Shown here piece after piece: positions 24,850-35,182 of a stretch of 44,167 nucleotides of DNA. Each line of letters starts with the position of its first letter. Positions within the stretch are counted from its first letter, which is position 1. The notes below the pieces were generated by a model. The model worked only from the letters and a program-made list of their open reading frames with translations, had not been told where the DNA came from and searched no databases. Position numbers and translations under genes: made by a program. Source of the stretch: Catajapyx aquilonaris (lineage: Eukaryota); assembly GCA_000934665.2 (NCBI GenBank), contig JYFJ02003266.1, positions 1 to 44,167 of the forward strand, in the 5' to 3' direction.

Positions 24850-26330
24850 TACCAAATTCATGGGCAAATTGATTTCGAAAAATTGGAATAATGCAAATGC
24901 TCGTAATTTTTGTGACAAGATTCATCAAATTCCTACAGTTTGGTTTCAATACTATCACTTAGTTAGATTAACGTCTCAGTCATCCTTCAATGATGTAAGA
25001 GGTATTTGAATAATCTTCCTGCCAGTAGAGCTGAGCTAGAAAATTGTTATGGAGCTTTTACCCCACAAATACTACATGAAATAATTGAAACCTGGACAAT
25101 GTGGAACTCTTTAGTAAATGAAAATCCAGTCATATTTATGACTACATGAAAGAAAATGGGAGGTGACAACTGACTTTTGTCCATGGAAAACTGTTGTGAT
25201 GATGAAAGAGATGTCACGTTTACAATCTGAGGTGTAATCTGGCCAACAATAATTATTCAAAATGCTGTATTTAAATACAGGTATTGAATAGTTTAGCAAA
25301 TAATCGTAGGCATCAAAAAAGGATGGAACCTTTGGCATAATTTTCACATCATATTTCTTTATCATCTAATCTAATCACAAATAACTAAACGTAATAGAAA
25401 GCAACACATCCATTCATGCAATGCGCCCTCAAAACATCTGCTTATGAACTTGATTGCATGACTGCACTTGCACAAAAAAAAAATCCTGATCATGTTGAGC
25501 ATTCACTTAGCCCAAGTAAAAATTCCACCTGGCAGCAAAGTTCAGACATACGAGATATTGCCAACTGTTTCAGCCAGTTCACTCTGGTTGTTGCCAGTCG
25601 TTCTGGTCATTAGTGCAGAATACATGAAATGTTTCTAATGCAATAAAATACAGTGTTATGTTAAAATGTGTTATTAGTAAGCCCAATATCATTAGCACAT
25701 ATCATTCATTTGTACTACTTTTAGCTTGCAGGTGATTACCCTATGGATAGATGACTCTCCAGATAGGCCAGAATAATCTCAATGCCCTCATCCTATCAGG
25801 CCACATGTGCAGAAATTACATTTTCAAAGGAACCCATAGAAGATCGATTTTGTTGGCCAATTTTTAAAGTCTCATATAATTTACTTAAATTGATATTCAA
25901 TAAAATAAATGCTGGTTGAACAATGTAGCAGCACTGCAAATTGAGTTTTCATAATGGGGAATCATACATTTACAAATTTTTAAATTATTACAATTATTAC
26001 TGTCTGAAAATCGTGTGAAACTCAAAAAATTACCTATCCTCTGCAATAATTGTCACAAAATATGAAGTTACAAATTCTGCCACCTCGATAGCACTTACTG
26101 TGTCCACTGAAAATACTTAAAGTTCTCTACTTTCAAGCCCAGATTTTCACTACTCAGGAAACAGACAGGACCATTTCAAATCGGATATTCACTTTTGCAT
26201 CCAATAATATTGGAAACAACTTCCAACAGAAATTATCGCCACACACTGAAAAAGCGATTCGCGATGAATGCTTTGAAATATTCTAAATAATGGCACTGTT
26301 GGAAACCTCTGACGACTTTTGGTTTTCTAT
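24850..26330 (+). mobile_element. Possible highly decayed LINE (L2/CR1-like) ORF2 remnant
   Basis: Short frameshifted peptides in the expected order: FCDKIHQI, NALILS, and SNRIFTF..WKQLPTEII (resembles the WNxLP C-terminal motif). No intact RT motif seen. Confidence 0.3.
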
Positions 26331-26496
26331 AAATGGTGGCTGGTAACCAATTTTTAAACTTCCATATTGTTTGCTACAACTGGAATTTAATGAAATTGAT
26401 GAATATGCCTGCTTCGATTCCCAGTGCAACAACCTTTCATTTAGAATGCAAACATCAATTTATCTGCTATTGTTAAGTTTTCATTCATTTAATCAA

Positions 26497-26829
26497 GGGG
26501 AGGCGGAGTGCCACTGCAGAAACGCGCCCACAGATGGAAGGGTCCAGGGTTTGATCCCAAGCCCGGGCTTTCCCCCTCTCATCTCGTGCAGAGTTGGGTC
26601 GTCTCCGGCTTTGTCTCGGGTGGGATTCCTTGAGACTAACCATCCGGGGGAGTTCACAAAATGTACCATATGAGACATTGCACTGCACATTGCACCTCCC
26701 TTCTCACTCATCCCTGCTCACGGACCCGGGCACTTTGTAAAAGGTTCAAGAATGTACGGTGTACACAGGGACATAGTCAAGGTACATGCTACATACCTTG
26801 CAATGAGGTCAAGCACTACCATTATTCAG

Positions 26830-26886
<57 letters not shown>

Positions 26887-26892
26887 ATAATT
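26497..26892 (+). mobile_element. tRNA-derived SINE with (ATT)n tail
   Basis: GGGG start, B-box-like GGTTTGATCCC at 26548-26558, (ATT)n tail at ~26820-26892, and a 14-bp TSD with one mismatch: ATTCATTTAATCAA (26483-26496) / ATTCATTCAATCAA (26893-26906). Confidence 0.75.
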
Positions 26893-27672
26893 ATTCATTC
26901 AATCAATCAAAAATACAGTCCTCTTCTCAAATTGATTTTCAATGCACAAAATCTTTGAACCCATGAAGAGACCCAAAATGGTGGCCCAAATTAATTATAT
27001 TGTAGTTTCTATTTCAGGTTCACATTCACATACAAGCATACGACAGGTGCTAGTGGATAGTCCACATATTTCCGCAGCCAATGTGATCAAGTGGAATACT
27101 GATTTAAAATATTGAAAGCAGTCGACACTGATTCTTTTCTCAACATTCCTATATATCTGCAGTGGTAACTACGAGTCTACACCAAGAATCCAGTGGACAC
27201 TTGGACGTTTACATGCCTTCTTACTGTTACTGCTAACCAAAGTTATTACGCTAATGGGATAACTTCTCTTGCAGACTAGTAGTGTACAATACAGCCATTC
27301 CTTAGAAGCACCCATCACAAGCACTTTGACGTAAGTTGAATGACATCACGCTTCCTCCCTGGTCACACTTCCAGGGAGACCTCCTTGTCACTACCATCGT
27401 GTTATCGACAAGTCTACTTTGGCCCTAGTGTACATGAGCCGACACCTTTTGAAGTTGCAATGGATAAGTCAACGACCGGAATTCCAAATCCGACCGCTGG
27501 CCTGACCAGAGTCCATCCTGCAGCAGCCTACTAATTCTAGCAGTGTGCCTGTTCTGGCCCTGCTGGCCCCTCTCTGCTGTGTAAACAGAGCTCCTCCACT
27601 GACCCACAGTTGGTCCATCCCCAGAAACGATTCCTTTGAAATAATGTCATGCACATATAGACAGTGACTCAC

Positions 27673-27860
27673 CCTCTCGTTTATGACTGCCGCCCTTCTT
27701 GCCCTTCTGCAATGCCTCCTCCTCCTCCTTCCTAGCCGACCAGATCCTCGTGGGGGCCGCCCCTGCGTCTAAGGCCGGTGTCGTCCTCTGCCCGGGGCAG
27801 CAGCTCCCTCGCTCCACACTCCATTTGGGACTAGTGCCTGCTGCTGTCAGATTCCCAGGC
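27673..27860 (-). other. Putative non-coding first exon (5' UTR) of WDR47 with a 30-aa uORF
   Basis: GC-rich block ending in a strong donor GAGG|gtgagt at 27673/27672, divergent from EEFSEC. A stop lies in the WDR47 frame, so it would be UTR. uORF at 27824-27732. The 5' boundary is approximate. Confidence 0.5.
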
Positions 27861-28010
27861 CAGGGGCGAAAAACAAACGAACGTAGAAGAGAAATAAACA
27901 AAAAAAAAGACAACGGGGGTGGCAGTGCTGCCAACTTCATGAAACTTAAATCGAACTTATTTCGCCGAGTATTTCGCACACACTGTCCGCAGACATTGGT
28001 AGCCCTGCAA

Positions 28011-28025
28011 CCGCCAGATGGCACC
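28011..28025 (+). promoter_or_regulatory. CTCF-like motif in the WDR47/EEFSEC divergent promoter region
   Basis: CCGCCAGATGGCACC resembles the CTCF core CCACCAGRKGGCRC. Confidence 0.45.
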
Positions 28026-28261
28026 ACACGCTGGATCAAAAGGGTGCAACCCTCGGTGCAACCAGCAGCAACATTATGCTTTTCCATTGTTTTCCATCCA
28101 CTCAAAAATCCAACAAAAATCACACAATTTGTTGGCTTATTTTATTTTATTAGTGTTGAAAAAAAACAAACTTAAACGACTTCTCTCCGGAGCGACACCA
28201 ATTTGGAGAGAAACAATTTTTCAGTAATTTTCTCTACGAAGAGAAACCATTCGGCAGAGAT

Positions 28262-28581
28262 ACCATATTAGTATAGTTTCCTCTCCGGAGAGAAGTCGAT
28301 AAATGAGTTCTCTTCCAAATGACTTCTCCCCGGAGAGAAAACTGCAGGAATATTGTTTTTCTGCCGAATTACTTCTCTCCGGAGAGAAGTCATTTGGAAG
28401 AGAAACCATATTTCTACTGTTTCCTCTCCGGAGAGAAGTCGATAAATGATTTCTCTTCCAAATGACTTCTCCCCGGAGAGAAAACTGCAGGAATATTGTT
28501 TTTCTGCCGAATTACTTCTCTCCGGAGAGAAGTCATTCGGAAGAGAAACCATATTTCTACTGTTTCCTCTCCGGAGAGAAG
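28262..28581. repeat. 143-bp tandem repeat (~2.2 copies) built from TCTCCGGAGA palindromes
   Basis: GTTTCCTCTCCGGAGAGAAG starts at 28276, 28419 and 28562. Perfect 20-bp palindrome ACTTCTCTCCGGAGAGAAGT at 28371 and 28514. Confidence 0.95.
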
Positions 28582-28606
28582 CCCTGCAATCGTCGTGCGT
28601 GCAAAG

Positions 28607-30567
28607 ATGGCGGGCGGCACGAGGATGATAAACCTGAATCTGGGCGTTTTGGGCCATATCGACAGCGGGAAGACGTCTCTGGCCAGGTCCTTGAGCACGG
28701 TGGCCAGCACGGCCTGCTACGACAAGAGCCCGCAGTCCAGAGAAAGGGGGATCACCATAGACCTGGGGTTCAGCTCCTTTGAGATTGATGCACCCCCACA
28801 CATGGGTGCACATGAGAAGGTGCAGGTGACTCTGGTCGATTGCCCTGGACACGCCTCGCTGATCAGGACCATCATCGGAGGGGCGCAGATCATAGACCTG
28901 ATGCTGCTGGTGGTGGACGTGGTCAAAGGGGTGCAGACGCAGACGGCCGAGTGCATCGTCATTGGGGAGATCACCTGCGGGAGGATGGTCGTGGTGCTCA
29001 ACAAGGTCGACCTCCTCCCGCCTGACAAGAGGGACGCTGCGGTTCAAAAGGTCTGCACAACCCTCTGAAGTGAAGCGTTGCAATGCTAAGGCCACCTTGG
29101 TTTCAGATGAGTCGAAAGATGAAGCTCACCCTGGACAAGACCAAGTTCAAAGACGCACCGATTGTTGCAGTGGCGGCCAAACCCGGTGGTCCTGAAGCAC
29201 CTGACATGGAGCCAATTGGTAGGTTTACTGCAGTCAACTTGAAAACCTCAGTGTATAAGTTATACCATTGGAGTTGATCCCCTGTAATCCTAATTAGACT
29301 ATCGCTTCAACCAAATAACTGTTGGCATTGTCAGTACCATTCTCTGGTTAAATTGAATTAAAATGGTTTTGTTCTGAAGGTATGGTGAGCCTGGTTGAGA
29401 CTCTTCGCAACCACTTGTTCATTCCCGAGCGACAACAGTCTGGACCACTGGTGTTTGCGGTTGATCACTGCTTCAGCATACGGGGGCAGGGGACTGTCAT
29501 GACTGGAACCGTTCTGCAGGGAAGCGTGTCTGTGAATGATGTGAGTCCACCTGCTAACAAGCTGCAGAATGTACATTTAAGCAAACCTCTTGTGTTCCAG
29601 TCGGTGGAGATTCCTGCCCTGAAGGAGTCTCGGAAAGTCAAGTCGATGCAGATGTTCCACCAGCCGGTCCAGAAGGCCATCCAGGGAGACAGAGTTGGGA
29701 TGTGCGTCACGCAGTTTGATCCCAAGCTGCTCGAACGAGGGCTCGTCTGTTCTCCTGGTCAGGTTCCGCTGGTGTACGCAGTGATCATCGACATTCAAAA
29801 GATCCCTTATTACAAGGTATGTTACCGGTTATCATGCCAACGCTTTGTTTAATCATTGCGTTTCTTTGCAGGGTAATATCCAAACCAAATCAAAGTTCCA
29901 CATCAGCGCTGGACACGAAACTGTGATGGCCAAAGTGTCCATATTTGGGTCGAGTAATGGCTCAGAGTTTGACCTCGGGAAGGAATATGCCTATCAGGAA
30001 GAGCTAATTACAGACAAGAAAGACTCGGATCAGGAAGTGCCGTCGCAACAGTTTGCCCTTCTTGAGTTTGAACGTGGTGTGCCTCTGATACCGAACTGTC
30101 TAATGATTGGTTCCAAGCTGGACGCAGACATTCACACCAGTTCATGTCGACTGGCCTTTAGAGGCAACCTTTTACGAGCCTTCGAGGAACGAAAGTACAC
30201 AGAGACTGCTCTTCCGTCGTTGAAAGTGTACAAGATCAAGAAGAGGGAAGGCCTGGTCGAGAGGATGCTGAACGAAAACGAAGTGGTTGGAAAAGCCATT
30301 TTTAAGAAGAAGAGCAACATACAGGTGTTTGAGGGCCTCAAGGTTAAGCTGTCGACTGGTGAGAACGGGGTCATTGAAGGCGTCTTTGGGCAAACTGGGA
30401 AAGTGAAAGTTCGAGTGGCAGAAGGTTTAAGTCCAGCCGCAATTGAGCAGCTGGGAAAGAAGAAGAAAGGAAGTGCCCCGACAACTAAGCGAGAGCCGAT
30501 ACGTATCACTCTTGAATTCAAGCGATACGTGCACGATCCGCAGAAACGAATGGTGCAAGACAAGTGA
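28607..30567 (+). CDS. EEFSEC: Selenocysteine-specific elongation factor eEFSec (SelB), 542 aa
   Basis: Exons 28607-29050, 29107-29218, 29380-29540, 29601-29816 and 29872-30567 (1629 nt, all GT-AG, phases consistent). Motifs GHIDSGKT, RGITIDLGF, DCPGH, NKVD, VDHCFSIRGQGTVMTGT, QGDRVG, CRLAF, FGQTGK and C-terminal KRYVHDPQKRMVQ. Confidence 0.96.
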
Positions 30568-30569
30568 TG

Positions 30570-30575
30570 AATAAA
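30570..30575 (+). terminator. Polyadenylation signal of EEFSEC
   Basis: AATAAA directly after the tandem TGA TGA stops. Confidence 0.6.
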
Positions 30576-30687
30576 AGTAATGTGTTAAATGTAAAAGTCT
30601 CATTTCATCTCAGGGGGCCAGAAGTGAAAGCATCACTCGGAAGGAGCAAAAATCATGATTTTAATTTGATTCGATAATACTATTTAC

Positions 30688-30693
30688 TTTATT
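30688..30693 (-). terminator. Candidate polyadenylation signal of STX6
   Basis: TTTATT on the plus strand (AATAAA on minus), about 1 kb past the STX6 stop. Confidence 0.4.
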
Positions 30694-31654
30694 GCGAGAT
30701 TTACATCAATAGCTAAACACCGTTGTTATTACATATCTACAGTTTTATCATTTTGTTTTAAAGAACAGGACAGCTGTTTAAACTGCACCGCAACTGCGGA
30801 ATGTGAAGACAGGAACTGTTCAAATAAATTACAAACTACTTTGGCAAAAACTTTTTCTTATTATTTGCTTTTTTTTTTCACTAACCTGTCTCGGCAATAT
30901 TGGAACCTACTCATTGGCAACTTCTCAAGAGACCCACACATTTTTTGACTCGACTTGTTCTCACTCTTATTCCTTACGTTGGTCCCATGCTGCCTAAACT
31001 TGGAGAAAAAAAACAACATTGGGAATGTGTCACCACACATAATTGGCACAATAACTCATCCCACGCCTCCTGGAATATTATCGACTGTCCTGTTCGAGCA
31101 ATTATAGCCTTATAATATAATACTTTGTTCTCATGCAAGAGTCATTGATAGAAAATATACAATGGAAAGACAATACTGTACAATTCCCCACCTCCATTGC
31201 TCTTAATATAACCTCATTCATAAGTTTGCAATTAAAATTGCAAGTTAAAAAAAAAATCATATTTTGTGAACATGGTAACTATGAAGTGACTAGCGGATAA
31301 ACAACCACTCCTTTTTTTTTCTTCGATAGATTGGGTGGTGGTTTTGTCTAAAGGCCTCAAAAAGTTGTGCAAAAATCCAAATTAAAAATTTGCAACTAAA
31401 AAATTAACACCGAAGAGAACACCGGAAATACTGATTCTCCGTGCCTTTGTCACGTTATATACCTGTTAACTACTTTGAAAGTTTATCGCACGCTACACAT
31501 TTTACACACAACCAAACCTATGTTGACTTTTTAAAAGACTACCCAACCTGCTGCCGTGAAGCATCGATGTTTTCGGCCATGACGTGTGGGGAAAAGAAAC
31601 GAGGATTTCAGCACCAGAAAGAAGTTGATGAAGCCCCCCCAACAGCCGCCCTCC

Positions 31655-34365
31655 TCAGAGGACAAACAGCAAGACCACAACCAGGACCATAGCTGCGGAA
31701 AGGACTCCAATTGCTGCCCACTGGCGCTTCTCTGGAACGATATCGTACATTCAAAACTGTGATTGTGCGCCAGGATGTAGTCGTTACTTACCATTGGACA
31801 TGTGTAGGACTTTAGCAACTTTCTTCAAGGTGCTGTCCAGCTTGGAGTCCGCATTTTCCATCTCATTACCAAAGTCATCCAACATTCTGAAACAGGCAGG
31901 TTCAATTATACGTGCGAAATATGTGCAAACTGAGAGTCTTACACTGCCTGCTCGTCCAGTTCGTTGGAAATCTGATGTGACATGGACTTTAGGTTGCCCA
32001 CAGTTCCGTTCAGCGCATCTATCTGGACGTCCTGCTGCTGCACAAGCCTCTCTTGCTGCTTGAACGATGTGGTCAGGTCTTTCCCACCTCTCTCGACGGC
32101 GGGACTGAACTGACCGCTGGGACTGTCCACCTCGTTTTCCAGGCGGGTGTATTTGGTGGAAGCGTGTGACGGGCCATGGTTGTTCACGACAGCTTGTCTC
32201 ATCGGGCTGTTCTCCAGAAGAGGCTATGCAATGGTCATAATGTTCAATGTAAGCATGACAAGCAACAACATAGGAATTACTGTACCAAACAATATTTGCA
32301 TTGAAAAGTAAAGGCTGCAAATAGACGATTCTAGCTCAAATTTCATCTATTAAACAATGATACTTTTGGTGGTTAGCTATTAATTTACATACAATGCAGC
32401 CTAAAAGACGCCCAAATTTTTTCCTTACATTTATCAACTACGGACATAAACAATACTGATCATAGAAACTATCATTTTAAACCATGGTTATATAAAATTA
32501 GCAAACCACTGCTACCATTAACTATGGGCAAATTTTGGCTTTCGAATAGCAAGATGACCCAATGGCGCATGTGCTAACTAAATGAGTCGTTTTCTGGCCT
32601 GCCAGATAAGTTTTACAAGGACAATGCATATATACACCTTCTGTTACACTGATAACGCCTCTTTTGTTCAGCCATGACCTTGGTCGGCAGTAAAGAGGAG
32701 CCATAAACCGTACCTGCCGCGCAGTTCTGTCCCAGTCGCGTCCTCTTGACAGGTTCATCTTTTCCTTCATGCCCTGCGTGGGTAATAAAAATATTAGCAC
32801 ATAATGAGACAGTTTTATCTGCAAGCATTTACAGCTTGCAGATAAAAGTGTCACATTACCTTCACTTCCTCCCTAGCTTGTGTCACAAAATTTCTCCAAC
32901 TGGTCAGCTCTTTGTTGTCTATTTTAAACTTGGTTGGGTTCTTCTCAACAATAGGTAGGACCGGAGTTAAGGGAAACGTATTGCTCGACAACAATTTTAC
33001 TAGAATATGCAGCGTCTAACACCCAAACAAAATCAACATAATTAAAATGTGCGGTGCTTCTTTCTGAGTTAAAGTGGTCCTTATTTGCCCATGGTATCAA
33101 ATATAGTTTCAAGTCAAACAGATAAGATCCTGCCTCATGTGATAAGCCTAAAAGGCTCGCATTCCCAGGAAACAGCAAATTAGCCCAACCGTGTGACTCT
33201 GACATGATTATGCTGGAATTTTGTACAATCCAAGTGAAACCAGCATATTCATGAGGAACAAAGCCATCTCTGTGCGTTGCTATCTTATAATTCGTTGTAC
33301 ACAGTAAAACGGAAAGACTAAGTGTTTTTTTTCGTGTGTACAGTAGATAATATGCACTAATGAGAAAAACAACTGTGCAAGGCCACAATTTGAGTCTTCA
33401 CGCTCCTTTAATATCTTTAAACATTCTGAGACGCTGATACAGATTCCAAAAATCAATTCTGGTTGTATAAATATGCCGTGTTCCTTTAGAATCAGGAACC
33501 TATTGGTTGCATTTAATGAATTGCAATTAATTAATTAAAGTGTAAAAGGATATCAATAGTGTCCTCTAGGTCCTCGAGGTCCCACTCGACGCTCCGAAGC
33601 GAGTTCCTCAGCTCAGTCGAGGTCCATTCCAGTTCCTCTTTGCTGAAGGACGACGCATCTTCACGAAGCTCGCTGCAACGCTGGTACAAACCTCGTGTCT
33701 TGTTAAGCGCTTTGCTCACTTCACTGCGGATTGAAAAGCACGAGTCAAGTCCACTTGCTACAATTATATGGCACTTCATGGTGATGTAAGTGTTAGTAAA
33801 CAACTATTACGGACCTTTCTAATCTACACTAATACTTGGTAGTAGGGAATATGGTCAGCACCTTCACCCTCGAAGTTGTCGACACGTAACTACTTTCATG
33901 AAGCGCTTCTACAATGCGATTAGACCTAGTATGTGAATACCCCGCCAACCCTGAAGCCCCAAAGCAGCAAACCAGTGCCAGTTAGTAGAGGGGTTAGTCA
34001 CTTCATATTACATGGTGCGACGGACTTCAACCGGACTTCAATGGCTTCTGTCCGGACTTGAGTCCTAGGTGCACTTAAATATGTCATCAAGTGACTAACC
34101 CCCTGTTCAGTTAGTACTAACCCTCCACCTACCGTGTGTGAGTCTGGGTTAAAAATCAAGATGCAGTAAAACCGTGATCAGTTATACTCACATGAAGTTC
34201 ATACTGCATGAGGAGACTGTTCTAACCCTTATTTTCTGTTCTGTTCTCTATACCTGACGACATAAGCCGAAACAGAACTGAAACACTGACGACCTCGACA
34301 AAGAAAGAGAGAGGGTCGAGAGAGACTCACTCCTTGACCACGAAGAAGGGGTCCTCCAGGGTCAT
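31655..34365 (-). CDS. STX6: Syntaxin-6 (Qc-SNARE), 270 aa
   Basis: Exons 34365-34331, 33723-33554, 32954-32860, 32773-32714, 32223-31943, 31886-31792 and 31731-31655 (813 nt). Translation: [44 protein letters not shown], SNARE motif QQDVQIDAL..ISNELDEQAVMLDDF, C-terminal TM segment QWAAIGVLSAAMVLVVVLLFVL. Confidence 0.95.
32955..33553 (-). other. U12-type (minor spliceosome) AT-AC intron, STX6 intron 2
   Basis: 5' site ATATCCTTTT, branch site TTTCCCTTAAC (32976-32966), 3' end CCTAC. Its removal restores the syntaxin-6 frame. Confidence 0.93.
33988..34107. mobile_element. Small TIR element with 9-bp flanking direct repeat (Mutator-like MITE) in STX6 intron 1
   Basis: 14-bp IR GGGGTTAGTCACTT (33990-34003) / AAGTGACTAACCCC (34089-34102). 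CAGTTAGTA at 33979-33987 and 34108-34116. Confidence 0.55.
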
Positions 34366-35182
34366 TTCCAAGGATTTGAATTGCACGGAAGGAGGGCGAT
34401 TATTAAGCGGGCGTCATCCTCCTCCTCCTCTCCTTCCTCCTCTTTGGGATGATGGTGATTGTTTGGAACGAGACGGTCTCTCTCAGCCAGAGGAAGAGGA
34501 GCCCCAAGCAGAAGACCCTCAGCACATCGAAGGTGTTCTTCTAATCTTCTCTTTCTTTTTTTTTGGCCTCAGCAGATGATGGGAGGCTAGGAGGGCCGAT
34601 TGTAGCAGAGCAGCTTGTTGGAGTTGGTGATCGCACTAGCAAGGTTGCTTAGCTCATTGGAGAGCCGCTTATTATAACAGGAAAGCTGGGTTGGAATTTA
34701 AAATTAAATACGCAGCATCCTTCATCACCATTATTGCGGTTAGTTACTGGAATAAGGCTGTTGGCTGCAGGATTAGAATCCAGCACCGTTTTTTTATATC
34801 AGAGATTTTAGCTTGACAAACAGGCTAATGGAGTATGAGAAAGCTAATAGTGCAGCAAGCTAAGCTGCTTTTAAGTGACAGTGAGATTAGAATATTTTAT
34901 GGATGATCGTCATTCATGAGCGGAATTGAACGTGAATTTAAATTTAAATTTAGCGTTTTATGCTGATTAAGCGAGAATATTTGCGTAGGATGATATATCA
35001 ATAGTTCATTATTGCACAACAGGAGAATATGTCTTGAACGAGTTGATTATTCGGAGGACAGATGGCGTCGGCTTCTTCTAGGCAACATTTATAATAATAT
35101 TACAGTACTGTACGTTCCATTACAATGCTCATTTATTTATCTCCGGTTAAAATCATTCAAGTACAGTTAAACATAGTGAGGA

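Noticed and set aside
26497..26570. tRNA gene (including tRNA-Sec near EEFSEC)
   Set aside because: No cloverleaf or clear A-box; it is a SINE head.
26661..26966. Poly-Tyr / poly-Ile ORFs
   Set aside because: Translations of the (ATT)n SINE tail.
28262..28581. CRISPR-like palindromic repeats
   Set aside because: The intervening sequences are themselves duplicated, so this is a tandem repeat.
28496..28606. N-terminal extension of eEFSec in the ORF track
   Set aside because: Starts at a non-ATG codon inside the tandem repeat; recognisable homology begins after ATG 28607.
31500..31657. Sec/UGA readthrough of STX6 (about 50 open codons after TGA)
   Set aside because: The protein ends normally at its TM anchor and no SECIS could be recognised by eye.
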